From positions 3,844,001 to 3,908,000 of the forward strand of contig NW_026262637.1 of the NCBI RefSeq assembly GCF_021869535.1: DNA of 64,000 nucleotides. The letters run 5' to 3'. This document shows positions 23,614 to 36,077 of the stretch, piece after piece. The translations under genes were made by a program, and so were the position numbers. The DNA is from Mytilus californianus. Taxonomy: Eukaryota. Positions within the stretch are counted from its first letter, which is position 1, and every line of letters begins with the position of its first letter. The notes below the pieces were generated by a model, which was not told the origin of the DNA, did not search any database, and was given only the letters and a program-made list of their open reading frames with translations.

Positions 23614-23802
23614 GGTCTTTTTCAGAAAAAACAATATGGGGGTGGGGATTTGGATGGAATTTTTTTTATGGCCATCACCCACACATAATTGCATTTTACT
23701 ATGCATAACCATGCAATTTGAACTTTCATGACCTGCCCCCACCCATACACAAATAATTCAAGTGCGTTCCAACCCCCTATATATTTTTTTCTGGAATAGC
23801 CC
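23614..23802. mobile_element. Small MITE-like element
   Basis: Imperfect inverted termini TTAGGTCTTTTTCAGAAAAAA / TTTTTTCTGGAATAGCCCTAA (18/21 including flanking TA). Confidence 0.5.
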
Positions 23803-23962
23803 TAACATGATAACATCACAGTAAGAACTAAGCGTTAAATGACGTCATTTACACAGATTGACCTCAGGTCAACCGGTATAACATTAACTCACAAAACAAC
23901 TGGAAATTGGTGTAATAGGTTAAAGGTTAGTACATGTACAATACACATAAAGATATTGTTAA

Positions 23963-24353
23963 GGATGTTCGCTACTCTGTTTCAAAATAACAAGCTTTTT
24001 AAAAGACTGTTATAAATTGATAGTATATAAATAAAGGAACTAAAAAAGCAGAAAAAAATGAAGGGTCCGTGTGCTTGTTTTCGAGATATTAGCAATTGAA
24101 AATTTGGCGGGAAATAACTCTCTCTAGACTTTTCATACATTTAACATTGGCACCCTTTTTCTTTAAAAAAATTATGAAAAAATAACAAGGATTTTATAGC
24201 ATTTTCAAATATGGCTATTTAAACTATATGTAATAAAATTATGAAAAGAAAAATAGGTATTAGGGGGCAAAATTTTTATTGGAACTAACATGGATAAAAC
24301 TAGAGGATTCCGAATATCTGACAAAAAGTCAAAAACAAGAGTAGCGAACATCC
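23963..24353. mobile_element. 391-bp MITE with TTAA target duplication (Kolobok-like GG...CC termini)
   Basis: TTAA|GGATGTTCGCTACTCT ... AGAGTAGCGAACATCC|TTAA, perfect 16-bp TIR; related copy at 52001. Confidence 0.85.
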
Positions 24354-24556
24354 TTAAGTCAGACATGCAGTCCTTTAGAATGAAATTGGTTAAAGTATAT
24401 TTTACCTTATATATATTCCAGTGTCTCTACAGCTAAGGCTTCATTCTGTTTCATACCAAAAAGGGGAAGTTATGTTTATATGGTATACAATACATAAGTT
24501 TTTACAGTCTTTATTAATTCAGACTGAAATAAACCACACTGAAAATACTTTTTCAG

Positions 24557-24670
24557 GTGCTACAAGAACTAATGATGCAAAAGAACTATTATACGCTCGT
24601 CAGAAGATAATCACATGTGCTAAGACATACAGACTACAGGCCATTGATCTTGTCTACATAGATTACAAAG
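24557..24670 (+). CDS. CLYBL: CLYBL coding exon 4 (ATRTNDAKELLYARQKII...QAIDLVYIDYK)
   Basis: TTTTTCAG acceptor, AAG|GTAAAT donor; 114 nt, phase 1/1. Confidence 0.95.
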
Positions 24671-25059
24671 GTAAATAGATTCTCTGTTTAGAAAGGCACC
24701 AGAGGCACACATTGGGATAATATACATGCTCTAATGGGCCCTTTAATTAGAAATAAAGAAGTTTGATTCAATTCGATTTGTACAATGGATTCAGGCTACC
24801 GTACATATACATGTACATTTGATATGATGGGAACTGACTTAAAGTGAAAGATAAATTTGTATTAGCTTTACAAGCCTTGGGAAGTTATTTGTTTTGAATT
24901 GTAAGTTTGTATTTGCTTAACTCCTGGAACTTGTTTTAAGTAAAATCTTGAAATTATACAACTAGCCTTTCTGGCCATGGCAATATATTTAAGCAAAATA
25001 ATAGTTTTTATACAACTGCAAAAAAATTGTTGTCTGTAGACATTTGGTTTCTAGAAAGT

Positions 25060-25780
25060 AACTTGAGTATAAGTGAATGGATCTCTATGAAATTGTACTA
25101 CAAGGTTCCATACCACAAAAGGAAGATTGGGATTGATTTTGGGGGTTATTGTCCAAACAGTTAAGGAATTAGGGGCCAAAAACGGGGCAAAAATCCAGCA
25201 TTTTTCTTGTCTCAGGACAAAAGTGTGTATAAGTGTATGGATCTGTATGAAATTGTACCACAAGGTTCCATACCTCAAAAGGAAGGTTGGGATTGATTTT
25301 GGGGGTTATGGCCCAAACCATTTAGGAATTAGGGGCCAAAACACAAGGATTTTCTGGCTTCTGGAATTTATCTTGAGTATAAGTGTATGGATCTGTATTG
25401 AATTGTACCACAAGATTCCATACCAAAAAAAAGGTTGAGATTGATTTTGGGGGTAATGGCCCAAAATTTTTTGGAATTAAGGGCCGAAAACTATACTTTC
25501 TTAATGCTTGTTATAAATTAAATATTTCTTGACCAATTTCAACGGGGTTTAATTCAAAGTCTTGAATTTTTGGGTTTCTTTTAAATGCTGAATCTAACTG
25601 TGTATTTAGATTTTTTGATTTTTGGGTCCCATTTTTAAATTGTTCCTTATTGAGGTCCAAAGGGTCCAAAATTAAAGTTTGTTTGATTTCATCAAAATGA
25701 ATTTTTTGGGTTCTTTGATATGCCGAATCTACCGATGTATTTAGATTTTTAATTTTGGACCCCTTTTCTAGCCATCGGAG
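25060..25780. repeat. Dispersed repeat with three internal 150-160-bp tandem subunits
   Basis: GAGTATAAGTG(A/T)ATGGATCT...CAAGGTTCCATACC...GGGATTGATTTTGGGGG recurs near 25062, 25225 and 25372. Confidence 0.7.
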
Positions 25781-26708
25781 CCATTTATACTTGAAGTGAA
25801 TTCTAAAGTTTAAATTAGCTTATGAAACTATCTATTGAAACCTAATTGTATTGATAGGATTGATTAGCTAATCTTGTCATGGGAACTTATTTAAAGTTTA
25901 GAAGCCTTAAAAAAATCTAAAGCATCTTTTTTTGGATAACTCTCATACTTCTTAAAATGAGAATAAACCACACACAGTTTTATAGTCTTAGTTTAATAGT
26001 TCCGTGATTCCTATTTCAATAAATGTCTGAATATTGTTTATATTCACTTATCTCATTTCAAAAAGAATTTAGAAATGAATAAATAAAAAAAATAATACAC
26101 CCATATCAACGATTAAAAACCAACCTCAATACTCAAAAAATGTTTGTGTTCGGACAAGCCAACAACAACCAATCCAAGATTAAGGTGTCTTCAGAATATT
26201 TGAAAGTCCACACTATGTATTGGTAACCTAAATTATACAAATGATTTCATCTCTTAAGTAAGTGTTCTACTAGGAATCATACCACATCTCCTTTTATAGA
26301 AGTTAGTCAGTGTCATCATTCATTTCATTTTTTATTTTCAACAATTATGCAACGGGGGGGGGGGGGGGAGAGGGGCACAAACAGGTAGCTTAATTCATTA
26401 TCATGTTGAACAAATGTTGAATAAGACTAGAAATTTCAATCTTAATAAAGTTTTACCCATTGTTCATTTTTGAAAGGTCTGTCCTGACTACCTTTAGTAT
26501 GCGTTTCAATATTTTTCCATTGGTAAGATATGCCATTTTGTGACTGATGGAATACATTGTAGTTCACTCTTCCTAATATTTTCCTTTAGTACAATTATTT
26601 TAGTTGTACTAACTCAATAAATGATCCATCTCCCCTTGTTTTCATTGCTTAACACATAACAACGATTTATTTCTAGAGAAGCATTAACTGTTAAAGCTGT
26701 AAATTTAG

Positions 26709-26887
26709 ATTTAGCTGGGTTCCAACAGCAAGCAGAAGAGGGAGCAAGGATGGGATTTACAGGGAAGCAGGTGATTCATCCAGATCAGATTCCCGTCGTC
26801 AATGCTGCTTTCTCTCCTTCAAAGGAAAGAGTACAGTGGGCCACAGAAATGATCCAAGCTTTTGATGAACATCAAAAATCTGGACAG
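26709..26887 (+). CDS. CLYBL: CLYBL coding exon 5 (DLAGFQQQAEEGARMGFTGKQVIHPDQI...HQKSGQ)
   Basis: MGFTGKQVIHP signature; donor CAG|GTGAGG; the acceptor at 26708 is required for frame. Confidence 0.93.
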
Positions 26888-27400
26888 GTGAGGTTTTATT
26901 GGATGCCACTTTAACACTATCACAGTAGACTGGCCAATTTTCTTTAAGCTTTCACTGAAAATAGACCATTGCATCTGTTTTTCTTTTTTTTATCTCCATA
27001 CAATAGATAAAGAAAAACTTCATATAACTGAATATAGGCATACGTTATACAACTGTTATATAAATTGAAGCGGTTTGTTCAATTGTTAAATTAGATATTG
27101 TGTGAATGAGAGTTTTGGTTTATTTTTGTAATCAGGTCAGATAATTATATGAATGCCTCATAAATATTTTCATTTTATAATTCATTCAACTGATAGCAAT
27201 GATAATAAATATTTGAGAATTTATAGCTATGTCATATCCCTGCTGGAAGAATTGGTGCCCACATTGATAATGTGATCATGAATGGGCATAAATTGTCATT
27301 TTATAAAATTTATTTACCAGCCTAATGTCTATATGTAGGGAGGGTTTGTTGTTGATATATATGACTATTATTACTTTTTAAATCATTTCTAATATTTTAG

Positions 27401-27496
27401 GGAGCCTTTGTTTTTGATGGAAAGATGATTGATATGCCGCTAGTTTTACAGGCGAGAAATATTGTCAGCATGGCTCAAGCAGTATCAATCACATGA
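27401..27496 (+). CDS. CLYBL: CLYBL last coding exon (GAFVFDGKMIDMPLVLQARNIV...stop)
   Basis: TTTTAG acceptor, TGA at 27494-27496; the spliced CDS totals 1056 nt = 351 aa. Confidence 0.95.
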   Translation, partial: GAFVFDGKMIDMPLVLQARNIVSMAQAVSIT

Positions 27497-30400
27497 GTAC
27501 AGGTTATGTGATACCAATCACATAAAGTACATATCATGTGATATCAATCACATTTGAAGAAAAGACAGATTTTATTCATATCACAAATTTCAAACTGCTA
27601 AACAGAATACTATTTACCATCCATACTTATGACACCTGTCAGTTTGTTAACTCGGTGAATGTTTTCTATCCAGTATTACTCTAGGGTAGACTTGTCACTA
27701 TGTTTTTGCCATTTGACATTAAGAGCATGTTGGCATTTTACAAGTATAAAAAACTTTTTATTTTTGAAAAAGGAATCAATACATAAAAAAGAAAGGTTTC
27801 AAGAGAACCTCACACATCTTAAGATATACCTTCAATTTGAAATGATATGCAACAAATTGAAATGAATAATTCTTTATATAATATTTTAGAAATCCTTGTT
27901 GAATCAAGAAATTTTTGTTGCATTTTAAAGCTGGGGGATGTAAAATCATCAATATTATGAATGTCTTAGCATAGAAACAAACTAATAATTACTGTTATAG
28001 TGCTCATTATAAAATTAGGAATCTCACTGAAGCTCTCAGATATGAATCAGTTCCCACAATTTCCATAGTACCTTTATATAAATCCACATTTTTCTAAATG
28101 CATAATTTGTACATTGTAGACATCTTTAGATGGAATGGGCTGTTCTTAAAAGTCCTTTTTAAAGTGTTTTTTTTTTTTATTTTACTGTAAATTTACTGGT
28201 TTAGAGTTGTTGCCCTAGATTTTCCCAAAATAATATTGTAAAATTGGGTTTCCAGGTGATCAAGACAGTTTAGGGAATCTGTGGATTTTGACAGTTTTCT
28301 TTTAGTAATTCTTTGATTATAAAGACTGTAGGAAATGCTGAATATAATATAAACATTCAAAATAAAATTTATTGTTTAAACTTTCAGGCAATTTCTAAAT
28401 ATAACTTTGTATCTACTTGCAGTGTGTAGATATCATTCATTTGATACTGGTTCTAAAGTTTGCAAGTTTATTAGGGCTAATCCATTAAAATGTATGTGGG
28501 AGGGTAGGAAGGGAAGTTTAATTATTGAATGTGGGTCATGGGTCTTTTTTCAGTATGCGTCTATTACCATTATGCAAAATTATCTAAAAAATGGTTCTTG
28601 GTTGTAGGGATATTTTGAAAGTCCCTTCCTACCCTCTAACATACGTTTTAATGGAATAGCCCTTACCGAGTAAAAATGGATTGATTATCTTTAATCAAGA
28701 GATCAATTTCTATTTGATATAACAAGATGGTTGTTAAATTGTGTATTTGTTTTGAATGGTTGGGATGCTTTCTCATTGGTTCATACCCTCAAGCCCCTTT
28801 TCCCATATTTATGTACAAGAGTCTACACAAAACAATCAACTAGCTAATTTAAATATATATCTGATTCTCCAACAAAAATTCAGAGCAAACGAACAAAATT
28901 AACAAACGATGCAAAGATATTAAGACTTATATATAAATATTATTTATTATCTGTGTAATGGTAAATACCAAATAGTGAGATAATTATTTATTTACCGTGT
29001 AAATTAAAACCTTTTCATACTGCAACTGCTCTATTTGCACTGTCAAAATGTATTGTCCTTATAACTGTTGGCTTTATGTATATGTACATTCTACCGTGTT
29101 CCTAATATAAAAATAAGAAGATGTGGTATAATTGCCAATGAGACAACTCTCCACCAGAGACCAAATGACATAGAAATTAACAACTGTAGGTCACCGTATA
29201 AGCCTTGTACAAGATTTTATATTTTGAGACAATATATTGTTATAAGTAGTGCTTCAAAATAGTTTTCATAAAATTGTTAATTGTTGAGTTTGGGTAGTTT
29301 CAGTTTGTTTTGTAACATGTATATCTATTTATGTATATATGCTTATTAGATGCTTATTAGATGTATATCCTTGCTATAATAGTCATGTTTTCTGCAGGTT
29401 CACTTCGATCACTCCATTAATTTGAATTTTCCAAATTTCATGGCATTTTATTGTACTACTACCTGGATTGGGTAAATTTGATCAAAAGGGTAAAATGTTG
29501 AAGGAAAAACAAATTTTAATGTAATTTTTTTAGTATTTTACTGAGAAATTAAAATGTACTCAGTTATTTGTAATGGGGGAAAATAATTTAGACATCAATG
29601 AACATGATAAATAGCTTCTTTTTTTAACAAGACATCAATGAATAGCCAGTATTTATATCTCAGTCATCAAAATTTCCTTCAACATGTTTAATGTATTAAA
29701 TGAACAGTGGACATAATCAAGAAATGCATCAGAAGAAAAAGGTTGATTATTTCATACTGACAGAAAATACAGAAGCATGAGTAGGAAAATCTCATGTACA
29801 AAAAATGTATGGAACTTATAATTTGGTACGCTAGAAATGCTACATAATACTCATCAGTGGCACATGAATCAAAACAGTAAGAAAGTCAAATCAAATACAA
29901 AGTTGAAAGTTGAAGAACATAAAAAACAGGGTTTAGTTTAATCCATTAGATTTTTTTGTTAAATTGAGATACCGTTTTCCAAAAAGCTTTTCATGAATGA
30001 TAGAACTTACAATCTTGCCCGTGATCATCATTTAAATGTGTGCAATTTTGGAAGACGTCTAGGATTTTAACATTTTGGGCCATATGAATCCTAAACCCTT
30101 TGTAACATCACGAAAAAATGCAAACCTATTGAGGTTGTGCATCTTCCATAATGGAGTCGTTGAAAGCATTTTTTCTATATATGTTGTGATTTAAGATATA
30201 TATGACCTGTAGAAGGGAACTTCACCAGTATGATATTTACTATTTAAACAGTCTGTAACCATAAATATAAGGGCTACTGTCTTTGAGTGAGAAATAAGAA
30301 ATAAAAAGGTAAAAGATGAATCAGAATGCTTGAGGAAAAGTATCCCAATTTGTAATGGTCATTTATAAAGCTCTGCTAGTTACATATTATTAGATTTTTA

Positions 30401-30734
30401 TATTTCAAACATCTGATCTATGAATATGTTAATAAAAATGTATATGTTTGTTTATATTGTTGTTCTTGTGTACATCTAAATCATTATTTACAAGTTTTGA
30501 CCATTCACATTTAATGCAAATTTTTAACCATTCACATTCAGAATGTTCCAAAATAATTAGGAGATAACTGTATTGTATTTTAAGTTTGGTCTTTGTAATA
30601 CGTAGATTTTACTGTTGCAAATGGATATACAGTTATCCCCGTTCTAATGCCACATACTAAAATAAATTCCATTTTAGTAAATATTTTGTCTTATAAATGC
30701 CATAAATGAAATAGTCAGCGAAACTGTTATAACA

Positions 30735-31025
30735 TTGTCATAAAGCGGGAGGTTTGGCATGCCATGAAACCAGGTTCAACTTCAACCCATCACATTTTTT
30801 CTTAAAATGTTCTGTACCAAGTCAGGAATATGGCAGTTGTTATCAAATAGTTTGTTTCTATGTGTGTTGGTGTTTGTTTTTGTTGCACTTTGGTGTTCCT
30901 GTTGTTCCTTTGTTTTCCTCTTATAGTTGATGTGTTTCCCTCGGTTTTGGTTTGTAACCCGGATTTGTTTTCTCTCAATCGATTTATGACTTTTGAACAC
31001 CGGTATTCTACTGTTGCCTTTATTT
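30735..31025 (+). repeat. Short interspersed repeat family B (other copies: 34243-34500 minus; related 51590-51800, 57040-57290, 63730-63850)
   Basis: Shared AGGTTTGGC...AAACCAGGTT...CCTGTACCAAGTCAGGAATATG core in several places in the window. Confidence 0.75.
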
Positions 31026-31754
31026 ACATTGTCTTTGGCATCAAAACAATGTGACGTCATAGATACTAGTATACTCCCGATGTCAAACATAAAAACTAGA
31101 CGTATTTTTACTTTTTGTATACTTCTAAATGGTTTAAATATTCACAAAAACAAGATTTTGAGGCACAATATTTGACTTTTTTGTTTATTTCTTGAGAAAT
31201 TACATACCAAAAAAATTCGGAATTCAAAATTGTGGCTTTCCTTAGTTATGGACTGGTAGAACGTGGAATCTAACCCTTCAAAATATTTGTCAACGTTCAA
31301 TGAAAATTATCGTTCTAAACGAATTGCATTAGAATGTGTTATATCTTACTCCAAAAGTATGTTTTACTAACTTAGTCAGGATATCTGGACAATGTGTTGG
31401 TCCTTGTTGTTTTTCTTTGTTTTTATATAAAAACGAGGAGATCTGGTATGATTGCTGATTAGACAACTATCCACCAGAGTTAAAATGAAGTGATAGTACG
31501 CAATACTAGGCCACTGTATGTCCTTCAACAATAAGAAAAACCCATACTATATAGTCGGCTATAAAAGGCCCTGACCTGAAAAATGTGAACCAATTCAAAC
31601 CAGAAAATGATATCTGTTTTTAAGGTGGTACTGTAATATTTTTGGTAATTTGTGTTATTCTTTATATATATGATGCACTTTTCTACTTAACAAAACAAAT
31701 TCGAATAGAGAAGCCATCATAAAAGCAGAAATCACCACGAAGGAACACGCCCTC

Positions 31755-32070
31755 TATGACCTTGTGGTAATGTTCTCGCCTAACATGTCAGAGGTTAATG
31801 GTTCAAGAGATTAGGCAATCAAACCAAAGTCTTTAGAATTGTTTCTTGATGTACTTTCACATTTCAGGGTCAGAGCAAAGAGTTGTTGCCTTGAAGTCAG
31901 ATAATTCTGTCCGTAATGGATGATATATTTTACTGCAGAGTCCGACATTTGAGCTAGTATGTAAAAAAATACTTTCCAGTATAAAGAGAAATATGTATAT
32001 GACATACACATTTTTTTCCTCCAGAATAGGTATTTGCGTCTGAAAACTTGGCACTCATTCCCATTCATCT
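31755..32070 (+). mobile_element. Decayed tRNA-derived SINE (mollusc type)
   Basis: tRNA-like head (CTCGCCTAACATG...GGTTCAAG) followed by TCAAACCAAAG...AGAGCAAAGA...TGAGCTAG, resembling bivalve SINE bodies from memory. Confidence 0.45.
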
Positions 32071-32249
32071 ATTGAAGAAGTACAGTCATGAGAATGGAAC
32101 TTTTATTAAAGTCAACAATTGCATTGCTATTGCTACCAGTACTTCCGGGCTTCAAAAGAAAAACGAATTCCTAAATCAGTTTTTTTTTTGTATGAAATCC
32201 TAACAACTTGTGACACTTTCAGAACGAACAGCATTTAAGTTCTTGTCTG

Positions 32250-32480
32250 TGTTGGGGACTATTGCAGCATTCCTGGCATCTGCGTGTACATTTGCATAAT
32301 TTCCAGCATCTGGTTATGCGATACAACTACAAGACACTGACCATTTGTCATCAGATGAAGGTTACTTCTTGGAAGACTGACCATGCCGTATATATAAATA
32401 TGAATATATCAGAACCTATCTGGAAAGATCAATTGGGTTTCTTAATAACAAATATTTCGCTAGGTTACCAGGTGCGTAGC
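32250..32480 (+). mobile_element. Possible decayed Harbinger/DDE_Tnp_4 transposase fragment
   Basis: Interrupted frame HLSSDEGYFLED*...YIRTYLERSIGFLNNKY resembles the LGDSGY and R..VERSIG.LK motifs. Confidence 0.3.
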
Positions 32481-33800
32481 TATGTTTACGTTAAAACGCC
32501 CGGGCATGCACATGCATTTTGGAGATAAATATTTTTATCTTAATTAATCAACAGAACTGGTTAAAAGCACATGAGCCTGGTAATTATTTCTCTATTTTGA
32601 TTTTTTTGCATTTTTGTCAATTGATTGTCTAACCCCATGTTTCCTTTTATACATATTTTACAGTAACTGGTTTGGATTTTTTTTCTCTAAAACCATTGAC
32701 CATTATAGATTCCAAATCAACAATTTGTTGTATTAATTGCCGTGGCTTTTATTAAGGGACTTTCCGTTTTGAATTGTCCTTGGAGTTCGGTATTTTTGTT
32801 GTTTTACTTTTTGATACAGTAGTTGTCGGTGGTTCATGTCTGTCATAATCGTTTTCAGTAAATTGTTTTGTTCTAAATTAACCCCTTAGCTATTTCGCTT
32901 GAATTATTCACATTTGTCATGTCGGCGACTTTTGTAGCTGACTATACCATACATACGGTATGGGTTTTTTCTCATACGATGGCATATAGTTGTCATACAT
33001 TATTTTTGTACTTAATTTTATATTTCAAACTGTCTAATTATGTTGATTTCTATAACAGTTTATTAACGTGTACATTTCGTATGCACCAGGCATATTTAAT
33101 TTATTCAATATTAATGATCTCGAAATTCATAATGAATTTAAATGTCCGAAATATTTGATTACACCTGAAACAGTTTAGATTATAAATTTATATTTGTCAA
33201 TACTTATGGTCAAGATTGAACTTAAATCTTACGGTTATTCAATATTTCTATTTGATCAATTATGTTTAATTCAATACACAAGCGTGTAAATAATTTCTCT
33301 TTGATAAACGGAATCAATCTGTTATCTAATTTCTGTTGACAAAATGACCGTTACTAACTTTGTTGTTAGCAACGATATTTTGTATTTAAAGAAAGATAAA
33401 TTTTTATTAAAGGACTCCGTTTGGATATGCCAACGAGAGCACATGAACTGCGTTCGGATTTTCCATCGCAATCATATTTATTGTTTTTGGTTTAAAATAA
33501 CTAATTTGTAACACTGATATTTTATATTTGGACTTTATTAAATGAATTTGGACTTGACCAATTTGTTTATATTTATTGTATTGAACTGCCGACTTGTGTG
33601 TGAAAAAAGAGCTAGTACCCCGCATTGTGAATCGTTCCCATATACGGGATCCCACTCAAAGCCATTCTGGCAAGTTTTATCTGGAAACGTATCAAAATAC
33701 TTCCTCATATAGTTGCTCATTAATACTTCATTTAAACTCTGGTGGATAGCAATGAATAGATTAAACATGAAAAATTAAAAAAAAAAAACCAACAGACTCT

Positions 33801-35830
33801 TAAGCCCCCGTCACACTAGACCAAGACCATGGAGACTGCTACGATCTATAAAAGAATAAGATCGCGGTGAGATAGTGGTATGGTAGGCTTGAATATTCAA
33901 TATTTCATAGTTTTCACTTTCATACCACGACCTTGCTATGATCCTGATAAGATACTGCTACGACTCCGCTACGATAGTAACACGTTCTAGTTACGACCTT
34001 GTCACGCTCTTGCTACGTCTAATAAGACCTTACCACGACTTACACGATCTCTGTACGCTTCTAACAAGACCGTCCCGATCGCATTACGATCTAAGTACGA
34101 TTCTACTTGGATCGAACCACGACTCTACTACGTTGTCACTGCGCTCTAGAATATGGCTTCATCAAATAAGTTCTAAACCAAATGCGTTGTCATCCAAGAT
34201 GATGTATGGCATGTTCAGGTCGTCATTAGGTAAGGGATCTGATAAATAAAGGCACCAGTAGTATACCGCTGTTCGAAACTCATAAATCGACAGAGACGAA
34301 AACAAATCCGGGTTACAAACCAAAACCGAGGGAAACGCATCAATTATAAGAGAACAACGACACAACAAAAACACAACATTAAAATGTAACACACACAGAA
34401 ACGAGCTATAATATAACAATGGCCATTTTCCTGACTTGGTACAGGACATTTTAAGAAAAAAAATGGTGGGTTGAACCTGGTTTTGTGGCATGCCAAACCT
34501 GACTCTGGAAATCCAATAGTATTACCTTCCAAACACTCCTTTGATCCTGACACGTTGTAAATCTGGGTGTCCGACATGGAACCATATCCTCCTACATCTA
34601 TCCTTAAAATGTGTAGTCTACATCCACAAATGCAAGGACCTATGAATGGTTTTACACTAGTAATTTTTTGGGGCCCTATATAGCTTGCTGTGCGGTGTGA
34701 GCCAATGCTCCGTGTTGAAGACCGTACTTTGACCTATAATGGTTTACTTTTATAAATTGTGACTTGGATGGAGAGTTGTCTCATTGGCACTCATACCACA
34801 TATTCTTTTATCTATGAAACAAGGATCCACTTTAAGGCGGGCTTCTAATAGCAACATACTTTCCATCGAGCGCGCGACAAGCGTGTGGCACGTTACATCT
34901 TCTCTGAAATTCTTCGGCAATAGCTCGACATTCATTTGGTTCTGTTGGACAGGATATGACCAAACAATTGTGTGTCAAACCTCAGGAAGAAAAGTACTTA
35001 TAGTATTGCGCTCGACTCTGAAATCGTACTGAAGGGTTGGATACCTATCACAAAAGCTAAGTGCCTTATGGTAATAGCAAATTTCAGACCGAGATTTAGT
35101 GCCTTTTCGAAACGGGTGTATATCTTCTGAATTCTAGGACTTAATCTGTTCAAAAGTTCATCAATCGTTTCTGGAGGCATCCTTTAAAAAATTAAGAATG
35201 ACTGTTGATCCTCCATCCTTAATTCTTTCATAAGTCGGTCGCAATGCCAAAACTGGAGTATTCTTTCAACTAAAAGCCAAGGACGCACCCAACAAGACCT
35301 ACGCTGTTTAGTTTGTCTTCTCCTTCTTCTTATAACTAAAAGTGTAGCCTGATCAGCCAAATCGATTCAGAGCAGCTGAATTAGAGATTGCAGAAGTAGG
35401 TTTGCTGAGGTTTTGCTCATGTGTGTCCATGGTTGATTTACAGGTAAAAGTTATTGCATCCGCTTTATTTTTCAACAGGATGAGGTCGTACAATTATCGT
35501 GGCTAGGACGTAGCAGTATCATACTAAGGGTGTACTAAGGACCGCAAGCGCGTAGTAGCAGCGTACCTTTGTCTTCCTCGTAGTAGTATCATCGTATCAA
35601 TATCGTAGTAGAAGCGTAATAAAGACGTAGTGAAATCGGGATAGTCGTAGTGAAATCGTAGGAAGGTCGCAGCGAAATCTTTTTAATTGCTTCCCGATTG
35701 CACCACGATTTCCAATACGATGCTTCTACGCCAATCTCGATATTACTACGTCCTTACTACGACCTTCCTACGCTTTTACTACGACTAGTTTTGGCCACGA
35801 CTGCACTTCGAATGTTTTGAGCATGTTCAA
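33801..35830 (-). mobile_element. Decayed PIF/Harbinger transposon carrying two nested short repeats
   Basis: Fragments MPPETIDELLNRLSPRIQK...LKFAITIRHLA, IAEEFQRRCNVPHACRALDGK, WIDVGGYGSMSD and PLPNDD..MPYIILDDNAF; left terminus TAA-GCCCCCGTCACACT; subterminal TACGA/TCGTA arrays. Right TIR not found. Confidence 0.8.
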
Positions 35831-35986
35831 AGTTGGTTGTGGACCACTTTGATCATGAAGATCCGGGGGTTCACTTCAAAATGTCCTAGCTACGCCACTG
35901 ATTGAATTGCTGTAGTAGTTTAAAGGTTAAACGATTGATCCCATCGACAATTAAGATTACTCAGAAAATTGTGATATGTAAAGGTT

Positions 35987-36077
35987 AGACAATACTTGGT
36001 CATGTTTTATGAAGATTTAAAGCCCAAGGCGTAGCCGAGGGCTTTAAATCTTCATAAAACATGACCAAGTATTGTCT
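35987..36077. repeat. Perfect foldback palindrome, 39-bp arms, with a central GGC-GTA-GCC mini-hairpin
   Basis: 35987-36025 is the exact reverse complement of 36039-36077. Confidence 0.96.

Noticed and set aside
30727-31035. ACATTGTC on both sides of the family-B repeat as an 8-bp TSD
   Set aside because: The left copy overlaps the family's own 5' consensus (CTGTCATA), so a duplication cannot be distinguished from element sequence.
33938-34249. 103-aa ORF MILIRYCYDSAT...
   Set aside because: Translation of the Harbinger subterminal TACGA repeats.
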